Shown: positions 29,855 to 42,401, counted from the first letter of the stretch. The stretch: 64,000 nt of DNA from an uncultured delta proteobacterium (GCA_963792275.1 CAWBVQ010000002.1:238364-302363), one strand, 5' to 3'. The notes: generated from the sequence alone by a model not told the origin. Numbers and translations: made by a program.

Positions 29855-30260
29855 CCTCGACAAGCTCGTCCTGCACGGCGCCGGGTTTCTCGCGCAGAAG
29901 CGCCTGGCGCGCGGGCTGCGGCTCAACTATCCCGAGGCGGTGGCGCTGATCGCCACCCAGCTCCTCGAGCTGATCCGCGACGGCCGCGGCGTCGCCGAGC
30001 TGATGGACCTGGGCCGGCGCATGCTCGGCCGCGCGCAGGTGATGGCCGGCGTGCCCGAGCTCGTCTCCGAGGTGCAGGTGGAGGGGACCTTCCCCGACGG
30101 CACCAAGCTCGTCACCGTGCACCATCCCATCGCGCTGGAGAGCGGAGACGTGGCGCTTGGCGCTCTACGGAAGCTTCCTGCCCGATGCCCGAACGCCTGG
30201 TCGCCGGTCGCCGACGCGCCCGGTTCCCGGCGAAGTGCTGGTGGCGCAGGGAGAGATTGA
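29835..30260 (+). CDS. ureA: urease gamma subunit (first ~100 codons); the ORF lacks its own stop and runs out of frame over ureB
   Basis: [99 protein letters not shown]. After about 30140 the frame stops looking urease-like. Confidence 0.8.
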   Translation: MHLTPRDLDKLVLHGAGFLAQKRLARGLRLNYPEAVALIATQLLELIRDGRGVAELMDLGRRMLGRAQVMAGVPELVSEVQVEGTFPDGTKLVTVHHPIALESGDVALGALRKLPARCPNAWSPVADAPGSRRSAGGAGRD

Positions 30261-30488
30261 GCTCAACGCCGGGCGGAAGGCCGTCGCGCTCGAGGTGGTG
30301 AACCGCGGCGACCGGCCCATCCAGGTGGGCAGCCACTATCCGTTTGCGCAGACCAACCGCGCGCTGCTCTTCGACCGCGAGCGCGCGCACGGCATGCGCC
30401 TCGACATCCCCGCCGGCACCGCCGTGCGCTTCGAGCCGGGCGAGAGCAGGACCGTCCAGCTCGTCGCCTTCGCCGGCGGGAGCGCGCC

Positions 30489-30492
<4 letters not shown>
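30157..30492 (+). CDS. ureB: urease beta subunit (possibly the C-terminal half of a gamma/beta fusion)
   Basis: [10 protein letters not shown]...[73 protein letters not shown]. Confidence 0.85.
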
Positions 30493-32200
<1,708 letters not shown>

Positions 32201-32207
32201 GGCGCGC

Positions 32208-32847
32208 ATGTGGAGGACGTTGCAGATCGCCGACTCGGCCTTTCCCACCGGCGGCTTCGCCCATTCCCATGGCTTGGAGGCGGCGGCGCAGGCGCGCGAG
32301 GTGCCCGACCTGCGCCGGCACCTGCGCGACGCCATCTGGCAGGCGGGCTACGGATCGCGCGCCGCTCGCGCGCGCGGCCTTCCTCGACCTTGCGGCGCTC
32401 CCGGCGCTGGACGCGCAGGCGGAAGCCTTCCTCGCGAATCACGTGGCGAACCGCGCCAGCCGCACGCAAGGCCGCGCGCTGCTCTCCACCTGCGAGCGCA
32501 TCTTTCCCCGCGAGCTCACGCCGGTGGTCGCGGTCTCCCGCGGGTTGCGCCTGCACCTCGCGCCGCTCTGGGGCGCCACCTGCGCCGCCCTCGGGCTCAC
32601 CGCCGAAGAGACGCAGCGCCTGCTCCTCTGGAGCGTGGCGCGCGGCATGCTCTCCGCCGCGGTGCGCCTGGGACTGTGCGGCACGCACGAAGGGCAGGCG
32701 CTTCTGGCCGGGCTCTCGCCCGGTGCTCGACGAGGTGCACGCCGCCTGCGCCGAGCTCCCGCCCAGGCCCTCGCGCACACCGCGCCGCTGCAAGATCTGA
32801 TGCAAGGCGCTCACGACCGTCTGTACTCACGCTTGTTCCAGTCCTGA
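32208..32847 (+). pseudogene. ureF: urease accessory protein UreF, about three frame changes
   Basis: MWRTLQIADSAFPTGGFAHSHGLEAA (frame 0), then PLARAAFLDLAALPALDAQAEAFLANHVANRASRTQGRALL..CGTHEGQALLAGLSP (ORF 32269 frame), VLDEVHAACAELP (third frame), and back for [19 protein letters not shown]. Confidence 0.8.
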
Positions 32848-32854
32848 GGTTCAT

Positions 32855-33547
32855 ATGGGTCACGAAGGCGACCACGACCACGCCGACCACCCCGGACACT
32901 TCGAGGCGCGCGAAGCGCCGCGCGGCCGCGATTTCTCCCGCCGCGCCTTCACCGTCGGCATCGGCGGACCGGTGGGCAGCGGAAAGACCGCGCTCCTGCT
33001 CGCGCTCTGCCGCACGCTGCGCGACCGCTTGAGCCTGGGCGTCGTCACCAACGACATCTTCACCCGCGAGGACGCCGAGTTCCTGGTGCGCAACCAGGCG
33101 CTGCCGCAAGAGCGCATCCGCGCCGTGGAGACGGGCGGCTGCCCGCACGCGGCCATCCGCGAGGACATCAGCCACAACCTGCTCGCGCTCGAGCAGTTGA
33201 TGGAAGAGGTGCGCCCCGATCTCCTCTTCGTGGAGAGCGGCGGCGACAACCTGGCCGCTCAGTACAGCCGCGAGCTGGCCGACTACACCATCTACGTCAT
33301 CGACGTCGCGGGCGGCGACAAGGTCCCGCGCAAGGGCGGCCCGGGCATCACCCAGTCGGACCTGCTGGTGATCAACAAGACCGACCTGGCGCCGCACGTG
33401 GGCGCCGATCTGGCGGTGATGGACCGCGACGCCCGCCGCATGCGCGGAGACGGGCCCACCGTCTTCGCGCAGGTGACGCGCCGAACAGGCGTGGATTCCA
33501 TTGCCGCCCACCTGCTCGAGGCGCACCGGCGCGCCTTGGGCGTGTAA
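32855..33547 (+). CDS. ureG: urease accessory GTPase UreG with His-rich N-terminus
   Basis: [17 protein letters not shown]..., [17 protein letters not shown]-loop, [21 protein letters not shown]. Confidence 0.95.
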   Translation: MGHEGDHDHADHPGHFEAREAPRGRDFSRRAFTVGIGGPVGSGKTALLLALCRTLRDRLSLGVVTNDIFTREDAEFLVRNQALPQERIRAVETGGCPHAAIREDISHNLLALEQLMEEVRPDLLFVESGGDNLAAQYSRELADYTIYVIDVAGGDKVPRKGGPGITQSDLLVINKTDLAPHVGADLAVMDRDARRMRGDGPTVFAQVTRRTGVDSIAAHLLEAHRRALGV

Positions 33548-33658
33548 GAATTGCGGACGCGGGCGGCGAACTGCACCTGGCTCCGCGGATGGTTTGTCGC
33601 GCGCGACGGCGAGACCGCGAGGGTTGCGCGCCCGAAGCAGCGACTTCATGATGGATGC

Positions 33659-34156
33659 ATGATCGGCGCCATCGAAGCCGTGCTTTCTGCGCTCAATGCG
33701 GCGCGCGTCCGGTATCTCGTCGTCGGCGGAGTGGCCGTTGTCCTGCACGGTCACTTGCGCGCCACCGCGGATCTGGACCTGATCGTTCAGCTCAACCCCG
33801 AGAACGCCCGGGAGGCGGTTCGGGCGCTGGAGGGACTCGGCTTTCACCCGATAGCTCCCGTCCCAGCGGTCATGTTCGCGGACGCCGCGGCCCGCCGGAC
33901 CTGGGTCGAAGACAAGGGTATGACCGTTTTTGGTCTCTGGAGCGATCGATTCCCAGGTCTCGAAGTGGACTTGTTCGCGTCGGAACCGCTGGATTTCGAG
34001 GCGGCTTATTCTCGCGCCGTCCGCGTGCCATTGTCGTCGACGGTCGCGACTGTCGTCGCGCTGGAGGACCTCGTCGCCCTCAAGAAAGCCGCAGGTCGGC
34101 CGGTCGACCTCGCCGACATCGAGGCGCTGCGGGTGCTGGCAGAGGAAGCCGGATGA
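33659..34156 (+). CDS. nucleotidyltransferase-fold protein (MNT/DUF6036-like)
   Basis: MIGAIEAVLSALNAARVRYLVVGGVAVVLHGHLRATADLDLIV: the GG-x-A...G-x-x-R-x-T-x-D-x-D minimal NTase motif. Confidence 0.55.
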   Translation: MIGAIEAVLSALNAARVRYLVVGGVAVVLHGHLRATADLDLIVQLNPENAREAVRALEGLGFHPIAPVPAVMFADAAARRTWVEDKGMTVFGLWSDRFPGLEVDLFASEPLDFEAAYSRAVRVPLSSTVATVVALEDLVALKKAAGRPVDLADIEALRVLAEEAG

Positions 34157-34329
34157 ACGCGGACGACGCCGCGAAGAGCTTCGCGGAGCATCGCAGGGCT
34201 CAACTGCGACGCAATCTGCGGCTTTCGTACGCGGAGCGGCTCCGCTGGCTCGAGGAGACGATGGACGCGTTCCGTAAGTGGCAGGGTCTGGCCCGGACTG
34301 CAGCCAGCAAGCCCGATCGGCCCGCATAG
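34153..34329 (+). CDS. small helical protein (58 aa) translationally coupled to the nucleotidyltransferase
   Basis: ATGA overlap. MNADDAAKSFAEHRRAQLRRNLRLSYAERLRWLEETMDAFRKWQGLARTAASKPDRPA. Below the ORF-track size cut-off as a stand-alone gene. Confidence 0.4.
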   Translation: MNADDAAKSFAEHRRAQLRRNLRLSYAERLRWLEETMDAFRKWQGLARTAASKPDRPA

Positions 34330-34488
34330 AACGACGTCTCTACTCGCTCTTTGCAGCCCAGCCGCCTCCTCGATCCTCGCGCGTCGACCCCGTGGTGGCG
34401 CTGCGGGCGGAGTGAGCGCAGTCGCCCCCGGCGCCGCCCGCCGGGCAGCGGCCTTCGAGCGTCGGGTTGTCCTGCTTCCTGCGACCGC

Positions 34489-34785
34489 TCAGGTCTTGAC
34501 GGCGAGCAGGTCCACCCGCTCGATCTTCGGCGCCTCCGCCAGGAGCTCCGGCGCCTTCTTCATCAAGGCCGCGGCGATGGCCCCTTCCAGGTGCGCCTTG
34601 CGCCCGGACTCGTCCTCGAACGCGTCGAAGATCCCGTACTCGCCGGGCGAGAACTTGAGCGCGAACCAGACCGCCGTCTTGGGCTCCGCCTGCGCGAGCG
34701 GCAGGGCGCTTTCGAGGAACTTCCCCAGCTCCGCTTCCTTGCCGGGCTTGGCGCGAAGACGGGCGAACAGGGCGACTTTCATCAT
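34489..34785 (-). CDS. antibiotic-biosynthesis-monooxygenase (ABM/YgiN-like) domain protein
   Basis: AAGGAGG RBS. MMKVALFARLRAKPGKEAELGKFLESALPLAQAEPKTAVWFALKFSPGEYGIFDAFEDESGRKAHL. 98 aa. Confidence 0.6.
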   Translation of the reverse strand: MMKVALFARLRAKPGKEAELGKFLESALPLAQAEPKTAVWFALKFSPGEYGIFDAFEDESGRKAHLEGAIAAALMKKAPELLAEAPKIERVDLLAVKT

Positions 34786-34950
34786 GGCGGCCTCCTTTGG
34801 GAACTTCGAGCATGGATGAACGGCGCGGACAAGCGATGCGCGCCGCGCCGCGGTGTTGACCGTCCAGGTTCGGGGTGCTAACGCGCACGGCTCACTCCGG
34901 GCGGTCGCATGCGCTGTGGCCTGGAAGGGGGATGCGTGGCCTCCATCACG

Positions 34951-35399
<449 letters not shown>

Positions 35400-35403
<4 letters not shown>

Positions 35404-37762
35404 CCGACCGGCTCTTCGGACAGAGCATCAAGCGGCGCGAGGACCCGCGGCTGATCACCGGCAAGGGCAACTACGTCGACGACGTCCGCCTCCCCGGCAC
35501 GCTGCACGCCGCGTTCGTGCGCAGCCCGCACGCCCACGCGCGCATCCGCGGGATCGACGCGACCGCGGCGAAGAAGCTCAAGGGCGTGACCGCGGTGTAC
35601 ACCGGCAAGGATCTCGGCGGCGTCCGGGATGAAGCCCATCCCGGTGGGCTGGCTCGATCCCCGGCATGAAGATCCCGCCGCGCCACGTGCTCGCCATCGA
35701 CCGCGCGCGCTACATGGGCGAGGCCGTGGCGGTGGTCATCGCCGAGTCTCCTTACATTGCGCGCGACGCGGCGGAGCTGGTGAGCGTGGACTACGAGCCG
35801 CTGCCGGCGGTGGCCGACGCGGCCAAGGCCCTGCAGCCCGGCGCGCCCTCCCTCCACGACGAGGCGGCCGACAACGTCGCCTTCCGCTGGCAACTCGGCG
35901 ACAAGGCGGCCACCGACAAGGCCTTCGCCGGCGCGGCCAAGGTGGTGAAGCAGAGCTTCCGCAACCACCGGCTCATCCCCAACGCCATCGAGCCGCGCGC
36001 CTCGCTGGCGAGCGCCAACCCCGGCACGGGCGAGGTGACGCTCTGGCTGACGACGCAGAACCCGCACGTGCACCGCCTGCTCATGTCGGCGTTCGTGCTC
36101 GGCATGCCCGAGCACAAGCTGCGGGTGATCTCGCCCGACGTGGGCGGCGGCTTCGGTTCCAAGATCTTCGTCTATCCCGAAGAGTGCGTGGTCACCTGGG
36201 CGACGCGAAATCTGCTCAAGCCGGTGAAGTGGACGGCGGACCGGCGCGAGAGCTTCCTCACCGACGCGCACGGCCGCGACCACTACACCGAGGCGGAGAT
36301 GGCGCTCTCGGACGACGGCCGCGTCCTCGGCTTGCGGGTGAAGACCAACGCCAACATGGGCGCGTACCTCTCGCTCTTCGCGCCCGCCATTCCCACCTAC
36401 CTCTACGGAACGCTGCTCGCCGGCTGCTACCTGACGCCGGCCATCCACGTCGAGGTGACCGCCATCTTCACCAACACCACGCCGGTGGACGCGTATCGCG
36501 GCGCGGGCCGGCCGGAGGCCTGCTACCTGGTCGAGCGGATGATGGACCTCTCCGCGCACGCGCTGGGGATGGACCGCCTGGAGATCCGCCGCAAGAACTT
36601 CATCCCCAAGGACAAGTTCCCCTACCAGACGCCGGTCGCGGTCATGTACGACAGCGGCAACTACGAGGGCGCGCTGGACAAGGCGCTGGAGACGTTCGAC
36701 TACGAGGCCTTCCGCAAGGAGCAGGAGCAGGCGCGCAAGCAAGGGCGCTACCTCGGCGTGGGCTTCTGCACCTACGTCGAGGCGTGCGGGCTCGCGCCCT
36801 CGCAGGTGGCCGGCGCGCTGGGCGCGCAGGCCGGCCTCTACGAGAGCGCCACCGTCCGCGTGCATCCCACCGGCAAGGTGACGGTCTTCACCGGCTCGCA
36901 CAGCCACGGCCAGGGACACGAGACGACGTTTGCGCAGGTGGCCGCGGACGAGCTGCAGCTTCCCATCGAGGACGTGGAGATCGTCCACGGCGACACCGGC
37001 CAGGTGCCGTTCGGGATGGGCAGCTACGGCAGCCGCAGCGGCCCGGTGGGCACCGCCGCCATCTACATGGGCACGCAGAAGATCAAGGAGAAGGCGAAGA
37101 AGATCGCCGCCCACCTGCTCGAGGCCAACGAAGCCGACGTGGTCTACGAGAGCGGCAAGTTCGCGGTCAAGGGCACGCCGGGGCGGTTCAAGACCTTCGG
37201 CGACGTCGCGCTGATGGCCTACCTCGCCCACAACATGCCCAAGAACCTGGAGCCGGGCCTCGAGGCCATCAGCTTCTTCGACCCCGGCAACTTCGTCTTC
37301 CCCTTCGGCACGCACATCTGCGTGGTGGAGGTGACGCGCGACACCGGCAACGTGAAGCTGGTGCGCTATCTCGCGGTGGACGATCTGGGGCGGGTGATCA
37401 ACCCGATGATCGTGGACGGCATGGTCCACGGCGGCATCGTGCAGGGCGTCTCGCAGGCGCTCTGGGAGCACGCCGAGTACGACGAGGAGGGACAGCTCGT
37501 CACCGGCTCGTTCATGAACTACGCGATGCCGCACGCGGACGACGTGCCCTCGCTGGAGGTGGGACGCACCGAGACGCCCAGCCCGGTGAACCCGCTCGGG
37601 ATCAAGGGCGCGGGCGAGACCGGCACCATCGCCTCCACCGCCTGCGTGGCCAACGCGGTGATGGACGCGCTCTCGCCCTTCGGGATCACGCACCTGGACA
37701 TGCCGCTCACGCCGGGACGCATCTGGGAAGCACTTCGCGGCCGCAACCCCAACGGCGCGTAA
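35400..37762 (+). pseudogene. molybdopterin-binding large subunit, form II CoxL-like (AYRGAGR loop); two frame changes near 35625 and 35655
   Basis: ATGA overlap. [28 protein letters not shown].. / MKPIPVGWL / MKIPPRHVLAIDRARYMGEAVAVVIAE... Active-site loop TPVDAYRGAGRPEA. GGGFGSK. C-terminal GAGETGTIAS. Confidence 0.85.
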
Positions 37763-37853
37763 CCGCAAGCGTGTCGCCGCCTTCGCGGCGACGCGCAGAA
37801 ACCACGCAGGCCCTATCCCGCCTTCGGCGGGGCGGGCCTGAGGAGAGGACACC

Positions 37854-38723
37854 ATGTACGCTGCTTCCTTCGAGTATCACGCGCCCTCGACGCTCCAGGA
37901 CGCGCTCGCGCTCCTCGGCAAGTATGGCGAGGAGGCGAAGGTGCTGGCCGGCAGCCAGAGCCTGGTGCCGCTGATGAAGCTGCGCCTCGCGCAGCCCGCG
38001 CACGTGGTGGACCTGCGCAAGGTGGAGGGCCTCACCGGCATCCGCGAGGCGAACGGCGCGCTGCAGATCGGCGCCTTCACCACCCATGCGGCGATGGCCA
38101 GCTCCGAGCTCGTGCGCAAGAGGCTGCCCATGGCCGCCGAGGCGGCCGCGCTCATCGGCGACGCGCAGGTGCGCAACCTCGGCACTATCGGCGGGAGCCT
38201 GGCGCACGCCGACCCCTCGGCGGACTGGCCCGCGGTGATGACCGCTCTCGACGCCTCCGTGGTAGTGGCGGGACCGCGCGGCGAACGCACGATCAAGCTG
38301 GAGCAGCTCATCGTGGGGCCGCTCACCACCTCGCTGCAGCCGGGCGAGATCCTGGTGCAGATCCGCGTCGCGCTGCCTCCCGCGCGCACGGCGGGCGCCT
38401 ACGAGAAGCTGCCCAATCCCGCCTCGCGCTTCGCCATCGTGGGCGTCGCGGCTGAGGTGTCGCTCGACGGCCGCGGCGCCGTCGCGTGGTCGCGGATCGC
38501 GCTCACCGGCCTCGGGTCGAAAGTGACGCGCGCCGGGTACGTGGAGCAGGCCCTGCAGGGGAAGTCCGACGCCGGGGCGGTGAAGGCGGCAGCCGCGCGC
38601 GCCGCCGAAGGCATCGAGCTGCGCGAGGACCTGATCGGGTCTCCCGCATACAAGGCCCAGCTCGCCTCGGTCTACACCGAGCGCGCAGTGCTCCGGGCGA
38701 TGGCGCGGGCGCGGGAGAGATAG
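37854..38723 (+). CDS. FAD-binding medium subunit (CoxM-like) of the form II enzyme
   Basis: MYAASFEYHAPSTLQDALALLGKYGEEAKVLAGSQSLVPLMKLRLA...GTIGGSLAHADPSAD. Confidence 0.9.
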   Translation: MYAASFEYHAPSTLQDALALLGKYGEEAKVLAGSQSLVPLMKLRLAQPAHVVDLRKVEGLTGIREANGALQIGAFTTHAAMASSELVRKRLPMAAEAAALIGDAQVRNLGTIGGSLAHADPSADWPAVMTALDASVVVAGPRGERTIKLEQLIVGPLTTSLQPGEILVQIRVALPPARTAGAYEKLPNPASRFAIVGVAAEVSLDGRGAVAWSRIALTGLGSKVTRAGYVEQALQGKSDAGAVKAAAARAAEGIELREDLIGSPAYKAQLASVYTERAVLRAMARARER

Positions 38724-38875
38724 CCCGGCCCAGAGACGCGTCGCACGTTGGATCACGGAGTTGCTCCGCTGACGCCGCGCCATCGCGGAGCGTCACCGCC
38801 GCGCGCCTCGTCCGAAGCATCAGCGCCCATGTAGCGCGCCGAACAGCAAGGGTCGTCCCAACGAGGCGCCAGCGT

Positions 38876-39285
38876 TTACATGGTGGCGAAGTGTCCCAAC
38901 ACCTGTCGCACTGTCCACGCGGCGCGAGCGCGACGCATGCGCATGACAGCGATCGGCGAAGCACGACCTTCCCGCGCCAGTACGCCGATCCGTTTCACCC
39001 CGAGAGCGGACGGATGAGTATTTCTGCATCCGGCCCGAGAATGCCCTGCAATGGCCGTTCTTTGGAGTCCCCTCCTTCGCCGGCTTGCTTTCCCTTGCCT
39101 CGCTCTCTCCATGACCTTGCCGCCCATGCGAACCGCATTGTCCAGCCCCACTCCTCCAGCATCGCGAAGAGGTTCCGGTCGGCGATGTGGCGCAGCAGCC
39201 CTAGAGCGCGTCCAAGCGTGACTGCGCTAAACACGGCAACATCGCTTGATTCCACGACATTGCGGCCGACGATTGACAATGACAC
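38876..39285 (-). pseudogene. possible degraded PIN-domain (VapC-like) toxin remnant
   Basis: ORF 38995..39285 reads MSLSIVGRNVVESSDVAVFSAVTLGRALGLLRHIADRNLFAMLEEWG.... It echoes the VapC/FitB pattern LLDTNVISE...DVYLSAITVAELRLG...L..LE, but with the first catalytic Asp replaced and an internal deletion. Continuation requires frame hops (ORFs 38876..39151, 38820..39029). No antitoxin gene is present. Confidence 0.25.
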
Positions 39286-39369
39286 CTGACGTATGGATGA
39301 ACTTCGTCCTCCACCGCATCAGCATGAACTCGAATCCGTCTAATGCAGCCTCGAAGCGGAGGAGGGACA

Positions 39370-41070
39370 ATGGCATCCACGTCAACTCGGAACCGGAAAG
39401 TTGCGTTCGCGATTACGTCCGCGTTTCTCTTGGTTATCGCCGCTGATGAGTCACGCGCCGACATGCCCGGAAGATGGCGTGAGCCCCCGATCTCCTCACG
39501 GGACCCCTCGCAGGACGCGCCGCTCGCGTACAATATCGATACCGGTCAAGCCGTACCGCTCAGTTTCCCCTGGAACGCGACCGACGCATCGGCATGGCTG
39601 ACATTCAATGGGGCGGCTCCTGCGTCGGGTTACTTCTGCGGAAACGGCTGCAAGCCGCCGGGCTGTCCAGACGACCCTTTTTGCGCTTGCGCGACGCACT
39701 CATACACCTGCTCGAGTCTCCAGGGAGTGGCAGGCGCCCCGGCCGCGCTGGAGCAAGCCGAGATCCGCGGATGGCTCACTTTCGCCGGCTTCGGCGAGTC
39801 CGATTCGGAGTGGCATTTTGACATACTACTGGACGTCGGGTGGACACCGACGGCTGTCGACGCTGCGCACGCCTTGAACACCATAGACTCAATCGCGAGA
39901 TGGGTCCCGCCTTCGAACATCGCGAACTTCGGGTACCGCTCGCCAAACTGGCCTCCCGTTGGTATCAACGGCGGCTCTCCGCGAGCGGAGCTTTCACCGT
40001 CGGGACCCAACGGATCCGCATACGGCGGCTTCGGCGCTCCAATCATTCATGTCGAGGTCGACGGGTGGACGTGGGACCGGAACGGCGCAAATTGGACCTC
40101 ATTGACACGAATCCCGCACGGATGGGAGAACAATTATACATACACTTCGTGCGCCGATCCCCCGACATGCACACAAGGTTTCAGTAATGCCCACCCCAAT
40201 ACCCTCGTTTTTTGGCCATTTCCGATGGGTAGTGGTCCGAAAAGCGATGGCCGCGGAGGCTTGACAATATATAATTTTAAACCAGGAGATTACGTTCGAC
40301 TTGTGGGCACACTTTGGTACGACAACCTGCATAATGGCAGCGATGCTGACATGAGCAGCAACAATTCGTGCTGGGATCAGTCAAACACCGCTCATCTCGG
40401 CCATCTCGAGATGCATCCCGTCGACCTGATGATTCGGCTCAACCCGCCAACGCCCCCGCAACAATCCTGGTCGACGGTAGTGGGATACCAAATGTGCACC
40501 ACCAATACAGACTCTTCGACCGTCATGGATACGTTCAACATAGAGACAAGTACCTTGACCAACGCGACTCCGGTTCTTGTGGGACCCACGTATAATACGG
40601 CGTATTTCGCACCTGGAGCAAATGGCAACTCGACATACTCGCTCGACTCGAGTGGTCGGTTCACATTTACCGGGACAGTCCACGCACAGCAGTCGGGTTG
40701 TATCGGCAACCGCTGCACCAGCGGTCCGCGCGGTCTCCTCGCACAGTGGTTCGAGGTCCGCAACGTATGCAATGGAACGTGTGCATGCGCGGGCGGCCGC
40801 AGTCTTTGCTCAGGCCGGTGCGTCACGAAGGACAATGACGTATTCAACTGCGGAACGTGTGGTCTCGCGTGTGACTCCGGCAGGACCTGTTACCAGGGGG
40901 GATGCTGCACTCCGCTCTCGCAGAGCGCGGCGTGCGCCGGTCTCGGGTGTGGTCAATTCGCGTCCGACGGGTGCGGCCGATCGTATGCGTGCAACGCTTG
41001 CCCCGTGGGGAAGACCTGTGGAAAATGCGTTGAAGGCGCCTGTTTCAACAGCGCAGGGTCCTGCCCGTAA
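39370..41070 (+). CDS. secreted protein of unknown function with C-terminal Cys-rich module
   Basis: GGAGGAGGG RBS. Signal MASTSTRNRKVAFAITSAFLLVIAADESRA. About 450-aa domain with no family recognised. C-terminus CNGTCACAGGRSLCSGRCVTKDNDVFNCGTCGLACDSGRTCYQGGCC... Local GC drops to about 40-57%. Confidence 0.7.
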   Translation: MASTSTRNRKVAFAITSAFLLVIAADESRADMPGRWREPPISSRDPSQDAPLAYNIDTGQAVPLSFPWNATDASAWLTFNGAAPASGYFCGNGCKPPGCPDDPFCACATHSYTCSSLQGVAGAPAALEQAEIRGWLTFAGFGESDSEWHFDILLDVGWTPTAVDAAHALNTIDSIARWVPPSNIANFGYRSPNWPPVGINGGSPRAELSPSGPNGSAYGGFGAPIIHVEVDGWTWDRNGANWTSLTRIPHGWENNYTYTSCADPPTCTQGFSNAHPNTLVFWPFPMGSGPKSDGRGGLTIYNFKPGDYVRLVGTLWYDNLHNGSDADMSSNNSCWDQSNTAHLGHLEMHPVDLMIRLNPPTPPQQSWSTVVGYQMCTTNTDSSTVMDTFNIETSTLTNATPVLVGPTYNTAYFAPGANGNSTYSLDSSGRFTFTGTVHAQQSGCIGNRCTSGPRGLLAQWFEVRNVCNGTCACAGGRSLCSGRCVTKDNDVFNCGTCGLACDSGRTCYQGGCCTPLSQSAACAGLGCGQFASDGCGRSYACNACPVGKTCGKCVEGACFNSAGSCP

Positions 41071-41159
41071 CGAGCGTTCGCGTATCGCAACCGACGCCGA
41101 GGCCCTCTCCGACGACCGCCGCCGTTGCTGAGCGATCCAGGTCGAAACAAACGGAGATT

Positions 41160-42341
41160 GTGACGTCATGGTACAAGGGGACGGGAGCGCAGCCTGCCTT
41201 GTCACCGCAAGCGTCGAAACGCTTACGTACCATTGTCGGCATCGCGGCCTCCTCCGCGATGATTCCTTGGGTGGCTCGGCTGTTCCTCCATTGGGTCGCC
41301 ATCCGGGGGGATGAGCTGAGATCCCTGGATTTCACGCGTTACTACGCGACCGCGCTGATCGGGCGCCGGTACGGGTGGAATCATCTTTACGACGCCCACT
41401 CGCAGCAACTCGTCGCCGACCGACTGGGGATTCGCACCTTCCTGCCAAACGTGTACACGCCGTTGATGTCACTGTTGATTGCGCCATTCACCGTGTTGTC
41501 GCCGGAAGCCGCCTATCCTCTCTGGTCGGCGCTGCTGGTGCTCTCAATCGTCGTGTGCTGTTGGGTCTCGGTCGAAGCGGGTTTGCTCGTTCGGCTCGTT
41601 CTCGTCCTCATGTTGTTCGTGCCCTATGCAGTTCAACTGGGTCTGCTGCAGGGTCAGGTCGTTCCATTGCAGATGGCGTGCGTCGTCGTATCCTATCGCC
41701 TGCTGAAGGCGGGCAACGAAATCGCGGCAGGATTGTTGCTAGGAGCGGTCGCGCTCAAACCGCAAGGGATGCAGCTCATCCCATTCGTGCTTCTCGCGGC
41801 GGGGCACCGCCGGGCATTCGCCGCATGGGCCGCTCTCGCCGCACTGCTCGCTGGCGGTACGGCGATGTTGATCGGCATCAGTGGCGTCGAATCCTACGTC
41901 GGGAGACTGGCCTGGGCGCAGGCACATCCGGTCCAGATGATGGTGGCGTGGGATTACACCCTGGCGCGCAGGTTCGACTCGACGGCGCTCCGCACATGCG
42001 TTCTGCTTCTCGCCGCGGCCCTCACCCTTTGGGCTGCGAGGCAGCACCGGGCGCGGGTGGAGGTGATCTACTCGGTTGGAATCGTAGGGTCCCTGCTCGC
42101 CTCGCCCTACCTTCACCTTTACGATTTCATGTGGCTGTTTCCGGCTGGATGGCTCCTGGTGGCCGCTTTTCCCAGCCTGACGACCATCGTAGCGCTGCTT
42201 GGCGCTTACCTATTCATTCTCTTCAGCGCGCCCGCCTCCCACGCCGCCCGGTGGGTCCTTCTTTGCGAATGCGTCTGGGTTGCCGTCCTCGCGACCATCC
42301 CGACACTGCAGCGCCGTTCAGGCGCCGGCCGCGAGAGGTAG
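41160..42341 (+). CDS. polytopic GT-C-fold membrane glycosyltransferase (DUF2029/GT87-like)
   Basis: About 10 predicted TM helices. First-loop motif LDFTRYYATALIGRRYGWNHLYD resembles the catalytic Asp loop of GT87 mannosyltransferases. Start uncertain (GTG 41160 or ATG 41259). Confidence 0.5.
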   Translation: MTSWYKGTGAQPALSPQASKRLRTIVGIAASSAMIPWVARLFLHWVAIRGDELRSLDFTRYYATALIGRRYGWNHLYDAHSQQLVADRLGIRTFLPNVYTPLMSLLIAPFTVLSPEAAYPLWSALLVLSIVVCCWVSVEAGLLVRLVLVLMLFVPYAVQLGLLQGQVVPLQMACVVVSYRLLKAGNEIAAGLLLGAVALKPQGMQLIPFVLLAAGHRRAFAAWAALAALLAGGTAMLIGISGVESYVGRLAWAQAHPVQMMVAWDYTLARRFDSTALRTCVLLLAAALTLWAARQHRARVEVIYSVGIVGSLLASPYLHLYDFMWLFPAGWLLVAAFPSLTTIVALLGAYLFILFSAPASHAARWVLLCECVWVAVLATIPTLQRRSGAGRER

Positions 42342-42401
42342 CCGCCGCTCGGGCCGCTTCCTCGACCGCGGCCCGTGATTGAAACGACCTTTACTGCTCT
42401 C

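Noticed and set aside
33548-33658. N-terminal extension of the nucleotidyltransferase ORF (track start 33551).
   Set aside because: The extension (MRTRAANCTWLRGWFVARDG...) is not protein-like, and the conserved domain begins at Met 33659.
34786-34950. Moco riboswitch or sigma-54 promoter upstream of the form II cox cluster.
   Set aside because: No conserved Moco-motif stems were recognisable by eye. TGGGAA-N-GCA has wrong spacing. Only a weak TTGACC/TAACGC pair is present.
35471-37855. 794-aa minus-strand ORF antisense to the form II coxL gene. The same applies to 52674..54332, antisense to form I coxL.
   Set aside because: The plus-strand translations carry unambiguous molybdenum hydroxylase motifs. 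The antisense products are Arg/Gly/His-rich low-complexity sequence.
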